DNA of 64,000 nt, from IMG/VR virus record IMGVR_UViG_3300034105_002260, one strand, 5' to 3'. Of the stretch, positions 38,227 to 48,945 are shown piece after piece; the stretch's first letter is position 1; every line of letters starts with the position of its first letter. This stretch comes from a virus. Below the pieces are notes generated by a model. It made no database searches. It was not told where the DNA came from and saw only the letters and a list, made by a program, of their open reading frames with translations. A program made the position numbers and the translations under genes.

Positions 38227-39456
38227 TTACTTGTTTATAATTGATTTAAAAAATTGAACTCTATCTTTCGATACATTCTTTAATGAATATTTGTCTTTAA
38301 CTGTTTCATAAAGTTTATTACCTAAATCCTCAATCATATTTGGATTGTCAATAAGTTTCTTCATATATTTCGCCCATAATTTATGATTCTTAGATGGAGG
38401 TATTACTAACGCATTTCCTTTACTGTTGAATTCACTTGAGCCACTATCAATTGCCGATATTAAATCTAACGTGTAAGGTTTAACATCACTTGCAATTAAC
38501 GCTTTCTTATGGAATCCTGCTTCAATTACTTTTAACTGTGATTTATTTGAATTAAATTCAGTGTCAACTAACGGAGCTAAAGATACATCAAAAGAATTAT
38601 AGTTGTTAGCATATTTGTTAATTTCTTGTGTCCATTTTCTAATGTATGGTTTATTCGAATCATCATATGGAATATCGGAAAATTTTAATAAATAATTTCT
38701 ATATTCTTCATCAATAGCTTTATATTTTTCAGTAAAAATACTTTCATAACGGAACCATATTGTTTCGTAGGGTAATATGTTACGTTTTTTAGATTGACCA
38801 TCTGGAGTCATTTCTGTAACGGTACCTCTTAAATCAAAACCACATAATACGAATTGTGATTTGTCTTTAAATGAACTATGAATAGATGCGATGCCTGATG
38901 ACATTAATTCGATGTCGTGTAGATGAGATGACCCACCTAACCATCCAAAACGAACTTTATCTGATTTAGTTGGGTTGGATTGAAACTGAGGTTCATCTGG
39001 ATTTACTGCGTTAGGAAATATTTCAACATTCTTTACACCAAGTCTATTTTTAATAGTTTGTGCAAATATTGGAGTTGTTGTGGTTACGTAATCAGCTAAT
39101 TTTAAAAGTTCTACTTTTTTCTCAGCGATTTTTTGTCCTTTAATTTGATGATACATTGGATGTCTTTGATCTACAGCCCACAAGTCATCAATGTCAACAA
39201 CAACCTTAATCCCTTTTGATTTTAACCAGTTGATTCTCTTTACGTTATCTTCGTGAGGTAATTGATGGATGAAACTATGTAGAACAACTACATCATAATT
39301 TAGAAACGCTTCATCGTTATTTTCAACATTAAACGCGATATCCACGTGAAGATCATCAGAATGATTTTCCGCTAGATATTTGTATGGGTCTAATATTCTA
39401 AATTTCCCAACACCGTGTTGGTCAGATGGGATTGCTAAGATTCTTATTTTTGACAT
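38227..39456 (-). CDS. GT-B (GT4-like) glycosyltransferase
   Basis: VDIDDLW, FGWLGGSSHL.D, SLAPL....FN..KSQLKVIEAG, IASDV.PY. Confidence 0.8.
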   Translation of the reverse strand: MSKIRILAIPSDQHGVGKFRILDPYKYLAENHSDDLHVDIAFNVENNDEAFLNYDVVVLHSFIHQLPHEDNVKRINWLKSKGIKVVVDIDDLWAVDQRHPMYHQIKGQKIAEKKVELLKLADYVTTTTPIFAQTIKNRLGVKNVEIFPNAVNPDEPQFQSNPTKSDKVRFGWLGGSSHLHDIELMSSGIASIHSSFKDKSQFVLCGFDLRGTVTEMTPDGQSKKRNILPYETIWFRYESIFTEKYKAIDEEYRNYLLKFSDIPYDDSNKPYIRKWTQEINKYANNYNSFDVSLAPLVDTEFNSNKSQLKVIEAGFHKKALIASDVKPYTLDLISAIDSGSSEFNSKGNALVIPPSKNHKLWAKYMKKLIDNPNMIEDLGNKLYETVKDKYSLKNVSKDRVQFFKSIINK

Positions 39457-39510
39457 TTACATTAAGTTATATGTCTAAATAATAAACAAAAAAATCGATA
39501 AAACAAAACG

Positions 39511-40077
39511 TTACTTCGCTTTATTTACTCCAGTAATTTTACCTTTGAAGATTGAATCACCTACTTTGAGTACTAGGTTTTCATTAATTGATGAGGTTGT
39601 AGAAGCGGTTAGGATTTGATTTAGTTTCTCATCCATAACCTTACGAACCGTGTTTTCGATAAGAACCGCAATCGCGTTCATATCTATATTGTTATTGACA
39701 ATAGTTTGTTTTGGTTGAGCAGACGGTCTAGTTGATACACCTTCTTGTTCCATTAATCTTTTAGCCCCTTTGATAAAATCCATATCTAAGGTATCATTTA
39801 AAGATATTTGAGATATTGGATTTTCAATCATTGCTCGTTTAATTGCATCAGGTAGTTTTGAGTTGTTAATTTTATCGATAGATGGAGAACCTTGAGCTTC
39901 TCTTTTTGCTGGAGAAATATTTTGATTTTTCATAAGCTCTTCTGGGTCAGATAATAACATAGCTTCATTTATGTGACCTCTTTCAAAATTTCCACCGTCC
40001 ACTTTATTCATCACTTTCTTAGCGTTTACTAATCTTGACATTAAATCGTTTTGTGATATTACTCCTTGACCTGACAT
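39511..40077 (-). CDS. Hypothetical protein
   Basis: 188-aa ORF containing SKLPDAIK.AMIENP. Confidence 0.6.
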   Translation of the reverse strand: MSGQGVISQNDLMSRLVNAKKVMNKVDGGNFERGHINEAMLLSDPEELMKNQNISPAKREAQGSPSIDKINNSKLPDAIKRAMIENPISQISLNDTLDMDFIKGAKRLMEQEGVSTRPSAQPKQTIVNNNIDMNAIAVLIENTVRKVMDEKLNQILTASTTSSINENLVLKVGDSIFKGKITGVNKAK

Positions 40078-40110
40078 AATAATAAGTATTTTATATAATG
40101 ATAATTAAAA

Positions 40111-41004
40111 TTACCCGAACATTAAAGTTTTAATTCTTTTTATTGATTCTTGTAAATCTGTTGTGTCTTCCACATCGTTGTTTACTTCATCTGAAACTTT
40201 AATATTGTTTTTAGATAATAAATTTGATAAATCTGATTTAGAAGACATTTCAAATCTTCTTCTTGTACCTTCACCAGCGTTAACGTTTTTACCAATTTGT
40301 TTTTGAGAATCAATCCACTCTTTCTCTTTCATTTTATATAACTCAGTGCTAGCATTTTCAAAATCTTGGGTGGTAACAACTTTCTCACCATTAACATCTT
40401 TAGCATTACCCTGTAGTTTATTGAAAACTTCACCTGAAAAATCTTTAGGTTGTTCTTGAGGTACTGCAGATGGTTTTTCATCTGTCTTAGGTTGTGGTAA
40501 TGGTTCCTTAGATGGTTTAACTGTTGGTTTGGGTTGTGGGGTTGCCGATGGAGGTGGAGTTTCTTGTTTTTTAACTTCAGGAGTTTCAGTCCAATTTGTT
40601 GTAACATAAGTTGTAATCATTGGACCTTTGTCCGATTCTGCACCTTGTTTGTAACCAGGTCTTGTAACGTCAAAAGTCTCGTCTTGTTGAATTTTTAAAT
40701 TACTCATTCTATCAACACGATACGTTCTCCAATTTGTTTTACTATAACCTTTTTTTGATACTGAAGGTGGTTGAACATAAGCTCTAATAATAACATTCCC
40801 ACCCTTACTTAATCCCATTGCAACCGCCTCAGCTCTTACCCTAACACCAGACTTAACACTATCCTTACCTGGTTCTTTTGGTCCCGTATAATAAAATGTA
40901 ATAGGATTCCTATTGGTAATAGCACTTACCAAGGTATTTGATTTTTTACCCTTTGGAACCTCTTGTTCTCCTATAATTTTAGAGAATATTTTATTTAACT
41001 CCAT
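40111..41004 (-). CDS. WYL-like domain protein
   Basis: AITNRNPITFYY...R.EAVAMG...WRTYRVDRMSN. Confidence 0.6.
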   Translation of the reverse strand: MELNKIFSKIIGEQEVPKGKKSNTLVSAITNRNPITFYYTGPKEPGKDSVKSGVRVRAEAVAMGLSKGGNVIIRAYVQPPSVSKKGYSKTNWRTYRVDRMSNLKIQQDETFDVTRPGYKQGAESDKGPMITTYVTTNWTETPEVKKQETPPPSATPQPKPTVKPSKEPLPQPKTDEKPSAVPQEQPKDFSGEVFNKLQGNAKDVNGEKVVTTQDFENASTELYKMKEKEWIDSQKQIGKNVNAGEGTRRRFEMSSKSDLSNLLSKNNIKVSDEVNNDVEDTTDLQESIKRIKTLMFG

Positions 41005-41005
41005 A

Positions 41006-41665
41006 TTAAAAATCTGGATATGTTTTTGTCAATCCGTATTTGTTTCTCGCCGCGGTTTCTATTCTAGCGTTAATATCAGTTAATGAACCAACATTATTAG
41101 AATTTTCACCTTTTCCTTTATCGTCACCGTTAGATAACGCATTCACGTGTACACTTGAATAACCGTTATCCTTATTGTAAATATTCCTTGCTGTGTTATC
41201 TATTCTATTTTGTATATCTACAGATGAACCCACACTGTTATTGTACTCTCCCTTACCTTTTTCATCACCGTTTGATAATGCATTAAGATTATTAATACCG
41301 TAACCGTTATTATCTTTATATTGGTTTCTACCTAATAATTCCAATCTATTTTGTATATCCACAGATGATCCGACACTATTACCACTTTCTCCCTTACCTT
41401 TTTCATCACCATCAGATAATGCGTTGGGATTGTTTGAGTTATATGTATTATTATCTGTATAGATATTTCTACCTAAATTAGTTATCCTATTTTGAATATC
41501 GATTGACGAACCAATATTATTACTATTTTCACCTTTACCCTTTTCATCTCCATCAGACATCGCATTCTTATGGTTAGAACTATATTGACCATTATCGTTA
41601 TACGAATTTCTAGTTAATAAATCTTTTCTAAATTTTTCGGATAGTGTTTCTAATTGTGTTGCCAT
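41006..41665 (-). CDS. Asn-rich protein with four 47-aa tandem repeats
   Basis: RN.Y..NN.Y.....NALS[DN]GDEKGKGE..NSVGSS.DIQNR, four copies. Confidence 0.8.
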   Translation of the reverse strand: MATQLETLSEKFRKDLLTRNSYNDNGQYSSNHKNAMSDGDEKGKGENSNNIGSSIDIQNRITNLGRNIYTDNNTYNSNNPNALSDGDEKGKGESGNSVGSSVDIQNRLELLGRNQYKDNNGYGINNLNALSNGDEKGKGEYNNSVGSSVDIQNRIDNTARNIYNKDNGYSSVHVNALSNGDDKGKGENSNNVGSLTDINARIETAARNKYGLTKTYPDF

Positions 41666-41666
41666 A

Positions 41667-42161
41667 TTATTCCATTAATTTTTTAATTCTTTCAACTTCC
41701 TCAAATAATCCCGTTAATTTGATTGATGATATTGAGTTTTTATGTGAATTACTTTTAATAAGGTTAGTTGGTGGTAACCATCCTGCCTTTTTAGTGTGTT
41801 TTTTTAAGTGACTATTTCTTCTCTCTCCCGTCATTGACGAAATATCGTCAGCACGTTTTCTACCATCTTTAATGTTACTTACTAAATCTCTTTCACCTTG
41901 TAAATGTTGGTTTGCCCATTTTTCCATTAAATCACCACCACATAAGTCGTATTTTAATTTATCTTGAACTTTATCTATAGTCTTAAGGTCGTGAATTATT
42001 GACTTTAATTGACCGTATTTTACTTTTTTGTCATTAAGAATTTTTTTAGCTCTATCAATACCACGTGCGTGTTCTCCATTAAGACTAACTATTGTGTGAT
42101 TAATCTTATCTAAGATATTTTGTGGTACATCAAAAATTCTACCTTTTAATTCTTTATTCAT
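41667..42161 (-). CDS. Hypothetical protein
   Basis: Ends LFEEVERIKKLME. Confidence 0.6.
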   Translation of the reverse strand: MNKELKGRIFDVPQNILDKINHTIVSLNGEHARGIDRAKKILNDKKVKYGQLKSIIHDLKTIDKVQDKLKYDLCGGDLMEKWANQHLQGERDLVSNIKDGRKRADDISSMTGERRNSHLKKHTKKAGWLPPTNLIKSNSHKNSISSIKLTGLFEEVERIKKLME

Positions 42162-42903
42162 TATCTTTAAGATGTTTGATTAAATCCTCAATAGATAAGT
42201 TGTGACTATCCATTGTATTTTTTAATGATTTAATTTGTTTTTTTACGATTGGACTAATTTCTTTGACATCATTTGTCACAATATCATTCTCATTGGATTT
42301 TTTACCCATTAAAGATTCAATATATTCCTCAATGAATTTTTTTGGATTTTCAACTAACCTAACTTTATCTTCTGGAAGTTTTGGGTCGTATCCAATAGCA
42401 CTTAATCTATCTTCAGCCTCACTACCATCCATTCCTAATTCTTTTTCAAAATATTCCTCAGCATCTTCTAAGTCGGCGTCTTGTCCTAAAGTTTTTTCAT
42501 ACCCAAGAGCTTTACTCATATCTGATTCACCCCAATATCTTCTATATGGTTGAGCACCTGCACCACCAAACGAACCCATTTGACCCGTACCTGTTTTCGC
42601 CACCTGATCAGTTGTTTTCTTTTGAGTTATTCCCTTAGCAGCCCCAACTGGATTTTTCTTACTTCTTTGAATGTTTCCTTTTGCGTCAACTATTTCATCA
42701 ACTTCGGTCTCAACTTCCTTTTTTTCTACCTTATTAGGTATTTTATCATAATCCGTGTCGTCAGAGAATTCTTTAGCCCATTTACCCCATTTCTTCTTTT
42801 CTTTCTTAGGTTTATCCTTCTCATTAGCCTTAGCAAAGAAGAATCTTTGTTGTGCTTTTGAAGCAAATTTCTCTTCAATTACCTGTTTTATAAAATTATT
42901 CAT
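42154..42903 (-). CDS. Hypothetical late protein
   Basis: FASKAQQRFFFA motif; late motif at 42920-42927. Confidence 0.6.
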   Translation of the reverse strand: MNNFIKQVIEEKFASKAQQRFFFAKANEKDKPKKEKKKWGKWAKEFSDDTDYDKIPNKVEKKEVETEVDEIVDAKGNIQRSKKNPVGAAKGITQKKTTDQVAKTGTGQMGSFGGAGAQPYRRYWGESDMSKALGYEKTLGQDADLEDAEEYFEKELGMDGSEAEDRLSAIGYDPKLPEDKVRLVENPKKFIEEYIESLMGKKSNENDIVTNDVKEISPIVKKQIKSLKNTMDSHNLSIEDLIKHLKDNE

Positions 42904-42957
42904 CTAAATACACTTTTTATATAAATATCAAATCTTATGAAAGATATTTATAAACGT

Positions 42958-44466
42958 ATGAATACTCAAAATATTTTAAATTTTTATGGTACAAAGTTAG
43001 ACGTTAGGTTGGATAGTTCGGAGTATTACGACTACGAAATGACCAAATTGGATGACGACTATAACAAAGATGTCTTAGATTTAACCACCCCTATAACATA
43101 TACGGGTCTAACAATTAACACCAACTTGACTAATTTTGACTGCGTAAAGTCAACAATTCGACTTATTGAGGATAATGTAAGTGATTTATTAAGTTCTTAC
43201 ATATATTCTGGATTATCAATGACATTGCCATATAATAATTTTGTATCACGTTTTGGAACGGGATTTACTTATACAATTTTAGACAATAATATATTTAAAT
43301 TTACACTTATTAATAATGAAACCCATTATTTTAAAATTTTAGGATATAATCAAACTGGGATAACGTCCTCTATTTTAACGGGATATACTGAATCTCAACT
43401 TATTTCTGGATTTACAACAAACGTTTATAATTGTAGAAAAAATATTATCAATCCATTAGCTTGTTGTCCTCAATCGCCAAGAATTGGTACAAAACCTTGG
43501 GCATTTAAATTTAATGAAGGTTTAGGAACCGACAATTGTTCTCCAATATTAAAAAGAAGAACAGAAAAAGGTTGGACTTTGGATTTTATCTTTAATAGAA
43601 ATAATCTTCCTTGGAGTGCGGGTAGTACATTTTACTATATTGGAGTAAGAGGTGAAAACGATACATATGACTACGCCGATAACAATCTTTCTTTTCAGTT
43701 TACCTCAGATAGAAGAATTAAATGGGTTGCACATCACTATTCTGGTTATTGTGGAACTAGTACATACCAAGAAAGTTTTTACGTTGCTAGTGGACAAACA
43801 CCTCAATTATGTACAATAGACCCCGTAAAAGACTTTAATGTTACAATTGTTTTTGACCGTTATAAAAGATATACCGATTGTAATTTAGAGAATGATGGTG
43901 GTTGGAATGATATGATAGGTTATAGAATTAACCCATATCAAGATATTGTTTATACTGCGGTTACGTCAACTCAACTAGCGATTTGGGATGAAAATGAAGT
44001 ATTATCCAAACAATGGGCAGACGAACAACAAAGAAGGTTGGGGATATTAAAAATATACATTAATGGACGACCAATTTACAAATTAGAAAATTGGGAGGAG
44101 GTTATACCATCTGAAAGAGGGGTTCAACCGTTTATACAATCTTGGGGTGGGGGAACAGGATTAATGAATAACATTCACAATGGTGTTTGTTGTTTTAATA
44201 TGAAATCAATAAAATATTATGAGGAACCGTTAGATTTTGTTCACGTTAGACATAATTTTTTAATGAGATTAAATAACTATGATTTTTCAATATGTGGAGA
44301 TGTGTGTTATGATAATGTTTCAGGTATGACTATTACACCAACACCTACACCAATAGCAACTAGTACCCCAACACCAACTCCTACATCAACCACCACTTCC
44401 ACTAATACACCAACACCTTTACCGACTAGTACACCAACTATAACGCCTACACCGACACCTATATAA
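42958..44466 (+). CDS. Putative virion protein (LamG/ConA-like beta domain) with Pro/Thr-rich tail
   Basis: Late motif at 42945 suggests the MNTQN start; GWTLDF, LKIYING; (TP)n C-terminus. Confidence 0.55.
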   Translation: MNTQNILNFYGTKLDVRLDSSEYYDYEMTKLDDDYNKDVLDLTTPITYTGLTINTNLTNFDCVKSTIRLIEDNVSDLLSSYIYSGLSMTLPYNNFVSRFGTGFTYTILDNNIFKFTLINNETHYFKILGYNQTGITSSILTGYTESQLISGFTTNVYNCRKNIINPLACCPQSPRIGTKPWAFKFNEGLGTDNCSPILKRRTEKGWTLDFIFNRNNLPWSAGSTFYYIGVRGENDTYDYADNNLSFQFTSDRRIKWVAHHYSGYCGTSTYQESFYVASGQTPQLCTIDPVKDFNVTIVFDRYKRYTDCNLENDGGWNDMIGYRINPYQDIVYTAVTSTQLAIWDENEVLSKQWADEQQRRLGILKIYINGRPIYKLENWEEVIPSERGVQPFIQSWGGGTGLMNNIHNGVCCFNMKSIKYYEEPLDFVHVRHNFLMRLNNYDFSICGDVCYDNVSGMTITPTPTPIATSTPTPTPTSTTTSTNTPTPLPTSTPTITPTPTPI

Positions 44467-44486
44467 GTTTAAACTATTTATAACAT

Positions 44487-44855
44487 ATGGAATTTTTTAT
44501 AAGACAAGGAGCAACAGAACCAATCCTTAAAATGAGATTGATTGATGACGGTAAAAACGACAAGTCGTCCTTTAATGATATGCTAGAGAATTCAGACATT
44601 ACATTTGAAATGTTTGATGTTACAACGGAAGAATATCATATTTTAAACGGTTCTTGTATATTAACAACAAGGACCAAAAAGTATGACCAAACAACTGACG
44701 AATACTACATTACCTATCGTTTTACAGAAGAGGGTACGTCAGTTAAAGGTCGTTTCGAGGGAATTATTAGTGTACAATTCTTAGATACCAATAGTAACCC
44801 AACAACAAAGTTAATTACCCCAATTTCCGAAAAATTATTTATCAACGTAATTTGA
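44487..44855 (+). CDS. Putative baseplate/tail-associated protein (BppU-like)
   Basis: FFIRQGATEP.L, YRFTEEGT...G.FEG; late motif at 44475. Confidence 0.45.
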   Translation: MEFFIRQGATEPILKMRLIDDGKNDKSSFNDMLENSDITFEMFDVTTEEYHILNGSCILTTRTKKYDQTTDEYYITYRFTEEGTSVKGRFEGIISVQFLDTNSNPTTKLITPISEKLFINVI

Positions 44856-44882
44856 TAAACTAACCTTTTTTTGTTATATTTG
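44851..44882 (+). promoter_or_regulatory. Bacteroidota sigmaA-type promoter for DNA polymerase
   Basis: TTTG-N20-TATATTTG. Confidence 0.7.
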
Positions 44883-44941
44883 TATTGAACAAGACAAATT
44901 GTGAATTCTTCACAAGATAATACGTCACAAAATATAAAATA

Positions 44942-47839
44942 ATGAAAGAAGTTATCTCACAGGAAATCATCGAGAGTTTCCTGAACGGGGCAGACCCCGA
45001 AGAATTCATTGTTGGTGTCGAGTATGATTATCCAACCAACAAAATCTACAAAATTATTCAAGACCCTGAATTGGGTAAAATTGTTAAACCTGATAGTTTT
45101 ACACCATTTTTATGGGTAGGTGACTTGATTGGGTTGGGATTTTACAATGACTCCAAGACCGATCAAAAGAAGGCAATGACTAAACACGGTATTCTTATTG
45201 AAAAATTAGAGACCGGCGATAATGTCAGACTTGAGAATGGATTAAAGTATTTGGTTAAGAGTCTAAAAAGTTATACGAGTTTAGTTTCTTTCTTTAAAGA
45301 GGGTGGACTTGATCCTTGGGGTGAAACAACTAGACAGAATTTTATAATTTTAACTCCGGTAGAACAATACCTTGTTCAAACAAAGAAAAGATTATTTAAA
45401 GGTATTGATGAATATAGTGGTGTTAATAGATTTGTATTTGATATTGAGACCACTGGTCTTGACCCTGAAACTTGTGTTATCATATTAATCGGGGTTAAAG
45501 ATAATCGTGGTTTAAATGAAACAATTGCGGCATTTGGTGAAGACGGTGAAAAGAATTGTATTGAAAGATTTTTCAAATATATTAAAGATTTAAAACCAAC
45601 AATCGTTAGTGGATATAACTCAGCGTTTTTTGACTGGCCCTTTATATTAAAAAGAGCTGAAATACTTGGTGTTGATGTCAATGGACTCACTCAGATATTC
45701 ACTAAACAAGGGATGAAAGAGAAAGAGGGTATGTTGAAATTAGCTAACGAAATAGAAACATATAAACAACACGTTATATGGGGGTTCAATATTATTGACA
45801 TTGCACACGCAGTACGTAGAGCTCAGGCAATTAATTCTGAAATTAAATCTTGGGGATTGAAATACATCACCACTTACTTAGAGAAAGAAAAAGAAAATCG
45901 TATCTATGTGGATGGTGGTAAAATTTCTAAAATTTATTTAGAGAATGAGAGTTACTATGTTAATCCAAAGACAGGTGGATATAAACAAATTGGGGAACCC
46001 GGTACTGATGGTTTATTGGAAAAATATCCAGGTAAGTTTGAAATATGGACGGGAAGAAAAATTGTAGAACAATATCTCGATGATGACTTGTATGAAACTA
46101 TGGTCGTAGATGATAGTTTCTCTCAATCAACGTTCTTACTTTCTAAATTAGTACCAACGACATATGAAAGAGCAGCAACAATGGGTACTGCAACATTATG
46201 GAAATTAATAATGTTAGCGTGGTCATATGAAAATAAATTAGCCATTCCATCTAAAGATGAGAAACGTGCATTTACGGGAGGATTATCTCGTTTATTAAAT
46301 GTAGGATACGCAAGGAACATTGTTAAGTTTGACTACTCGTCACTTTATCCATCTATTCAACTTGTATATGATGTATTCCCTGATTGTGATATTATGGGGG
46401 TACAAAAATCAATGTTAAAATATTTCCGTAATATTCGTATTAAATATAAACTTCTCGCTGGTGAATTAAAAGACAGTGATCCTATATTATCGGAAATGTA
46501 TGACCGTAAACAATTACCAATTAAGATTTTTATTAATGCATATTTCGGTAGTTTATCCGCACCTCACGTATTCCCTTGGGGTGAAATGAATTCAGGTGAA
46601 ACCATTACCTGTATTGGTCGTCAGTGTTTAAGAATGATGATTATGTTCTATATGAAAAAAGGATATAAACCTCTTGTAATGGATACGGATGGTGTTAACT
46701 TTGAAACGCCTGAAACCGCTAAAGATTCTGTTTATATTGGTAAAGGTTTAAATGAATTAGTAATTGAAGGTAAAGAATATCACGGAATTGAAGCTGACAC
46801 CGCTGAATTCAATGATATCTTTATGAGAAATGAAATGGGATTAGATATTGATTACACAGCACCTGCTTGTATCAACGTATCTCGTAAGAATTATATTATT
46901 AAGTTGATTAAGAAGGGTAAAGAGAAAATTAAATTAACAGGTAACACAATTAAATCTAAAAAACTACAAACATATGTTGTAGAATTCTTAGATGAAGGAT
47001 TAAAATATTTGTTAAATGGTGATGGATTGTCGTTCGTAGAATTGTATTATGATTATGTGGAAAAGATTTATAATAAAGAAATTCCATTATCAAAAATAGC
47101 AAACAAGGCTCGTGTTAAACAATCTATTAACGATTATAAAAAACACATACAAAAGACAACAAAGGCGGGTTCATTAATGTCACGTCAAGCACATATGGAG
47201 TTGATATTACAAAATAACCACTCCGCAGGTTTAGGTGATACAATTTATTACATTAATAATGGTGATAAAAAATCATCTGGTGATGTAACTAAAATTAATA
47301 AACCAACTAAGAAACAACAACAGGAGTATATTGATAAGCACGGTGAATCAATGCCAAGTGATTATGTTCAAGTTAACTGTTATATGATTCCAGAAAAAGA
47401 TATTGTAGATAATCCCGATTTAAGAGGGGACTATAATGTTCCTCGTTATTTAACAAACTTTAATAAAAGAGTGGAACCATTATTGGTTGCCTTTAACCCT
47501 TCAATTCGTGAGGATATTTTAATTGAAGACCCAATAGATCGTCAATACTTTACTAAATTACAATGTGAGTTAGTAAACGGTTTTCCACTTAAAGAAGATG
47601 GTCAGGATAAGTTTGATGAAGTAATGACTTTATCTGAAGGGGAAGTTATCTTTTGGAATAGAGTTGGTCGTGATCCGTATTTTATGTATGTGGAAGATAG
47701 TTTACAATTAGTTGACCAATATTGGGTTGACCATAATCGTAAGGTTCTTAAAAACCAAGCTCAAAGTATTAAAAGTAATGAAGACGAAATCATTTTATCA
47801 AATACCAACGATTTCGCTCTACACGCAATTGAAATTTAG
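44942..47839 (+). CDS. polB: Family B DNA polymerase
   Basis: Exo motifs FDIETTG and GYNS..FD; pol motifs DYSSLYPS, K...NAYFG, MDTDG. Confidence 0.93.
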   Translation: MKEVISQEIIESFLNGADPEEFIVGVEYDYPTNKIYKIIQDPELGKIVKPDSFTPFLWVGDLIGLGFYNDSKTDQKKAMTKHGILIEKLETGDNVRLENGLKYLVKSLKSYTSLVSFFKEGGLDPWGETTRQNFIILTPVEQYLVQTKKRLFKGIDEYSGVNRFVFDIETTGLDPETCVIILIGVKDNRGLNETIAAFGEDGEKNCIERFFKYIKDLKPTIVSGYNSAFFDWPFILKRAEILGVDVNGLTQIFTKQGMKEKEGMLKLANEIETYKQHVIWGFNIIDIAHAVRRAQAINSEIKSWGLKYITTYLEKEKENRIYVDGGKISKIYLENESYYVNPKTGGYKQIGEPGTDGLLEKYPGKFEIWTGRKIVEQYLDDDLYETMVVDDSFSQSTFLLSKLVPTTYERAATMGTATLWKLIMLAWSYENKLAIPSKDEKRAFTGGLSRLLNVGYARNIVKFDYSSLYPSIQLVYDVFPDCDIMGVQKSMLKYFRNIRIKYKLLAGELKDSDPILSEMYDRKQLPIKIFINAYFGSLSAPHVFPWGEMNSGETITCIGRQCLRMMIMFYMKKGYKPLVMDTDGVNFETPETAKDSVYIGKGLNELVIEGKEYHGIEADTAEFNDIFMRNEMGLDIDYTAPACINVSRKNYIIKLIKKGKEKIKLTGNTIKSKKLQTYVVEFLDEGLKYLLNGDGLSFVELYYDYVEKIYNKEIPLSKIANKARVKQSINDYKKHIQKTTKAGSLMSRQAHMELILQNNHSAGLGDTIYYINNGDKKSSGDVTKINKPTKKQQQEYIDKHGESMPSDYVQVNCYMIPEKDIVDNPDLRGDYNVPRYLTNFNKRVEPLLVAFNPSIREDILIEDPIDRQYFTKLQCELVNGFPLKEDGQDKFDEVMTLSEGEVIFWNRVGRDPYFMYVEDSLQLVDQYWVDHNRKVLKNQAQSIKSNEDEIILSNTNDFALHAIEI

Positions 47840-48945
47840 ATTACATTAAATGGTGATACCATTGGTCTGTATTTCAAAGACTTATTAAGATTCTCCGCTT
47901 CGTTACCTTTCCTTTCTAGGATTTTTTCGGGGCGGAGTCTTTCTAATCTGGCCATAAGTTCTTCAACCAATTTAGATTTTTCATCTTTGGCTTCGGTTAA
48001 TAATGATGAGTAGTCCAATTTAACTGAACTATCAGGAACTTGTAAGTCACCCGAGAATTTACCCCAAATTCTTGCTAAACCTTCTTTAGCAAATGCTATC
48101 AAATATTTTCTAACCCAGTTTTGTGCGGGTTTGTTTAATGCGTCCCAAGTAAGTTGTTCGGTTTCAACGTCTGATGGTAATTTTACAACATCTTTGTTTT
48201 TATCTAAACAAGTGTCTCTGTCCATAGTGTCATAATACCAATACCAAACGTTATAATTACGTTTAACATTTGAGAAATCAAATCTACCTCCTGGTACGTT
48301 ATATAAGTGAATAATTTTTGTTCCGTCTGGACCTGCAGTGATTCTGTATGTTAAGTCACCACCAATTAATCGGTTTTTGATACTTCTATCTTGCATTCTC
48401 AATAACAAGTCAAACGCTGGCATCATAAAATATGAACCTCCGTTGGCCATTTGAGCGAAACCACCAGATCCTGCGATACCTCCTAATCCACCAAAACCAC
48501 CTAAGAACGGGTCGATGATAGAATCAGATAATTCTGAACGAGAAAACCATAAAAGTTCATTTATTTCTCTACCCGCTGGAATTGAATACATTTGTTGACC
48601 GTCAACAAGTTCAATGTAATCCTTTTTAAGTTCAGAATCCCCACCAGCTTGTAATCCTACAATTTTAGAATATGAATGTGAGTATTGAGTTTCGTAATCT
48701 AAACTTCTAGTTGTAAACGCTCTTGTTAATGATTGAGTATCTACGTCTAGACCCGCTAAAGCTGACCATTGTGACTCAATTAACCAATCACTTACATATT
48801 GTTCGTATTCAGATAATGATAATTCGATAAATGTGTCCATTTGTTCCTCTGTAAGTTCGATACCTCTAACAGGCATACCCAACAAATGGAATACCTGAGT
48901 ATATAATTTTTCCTTCTCCGGTTGTGAAATAATTGTTGCGCTCAT
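47836..48945 (-). CDS. Neck protein (T4 gp13-like)
   Basis: LLGMPVRGIELTEEQMD, WVRKY..A.AKE.L....GKFSG...P. Confidence 0.75.
   Translation of the reverse strand: MSATIISQPEKEKLYTQVFHLLGMPVRGIELTEEQMDTFIELSLSEYEQYVSDWLIESQWSALAGLDVDTQSLTRAFTTRSLDYETQYSHSYSKIVGLQAGGDSELKKDYIELVDGQQMYSIPAGREINELLWFSRSELSDSIIDPFLGGFGGLGGIAGSGGFAQMANGGSYFMMPAFDLLLRMQDRSIKNRLIGGDLTYRITAGPDGTKIIHLYNVPGGRFDFSNVKRNYNVWYWYYDTMDRDTCLDKNKDVVKLPSDVETEQLTWDALNKPAQNWVRKYLIAFAKEGLARIWGKFSGDLQVPDSSVKLDYSSLLTEAKDEKSKLVEELMARLERLRPEKILERKGNEAENLNKSLKYRPMVSPFNVI

Noticed and set aside
41006-41665. Asn-rich repeats as a curlin (CsgA) substrate for CsgG
   Set aside because: No signal peptide, 47-aa period and no curlin Q-x-G-x-x-N pattern; 37 kb from the CsgG gene.
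44942-47839. Possible intein or intron in DNA polymerase (also checked TerL and MCP)
   Set aside because: Continuous ORFs of plausible size with no intein termini or LAGLIDADG motifs seen.
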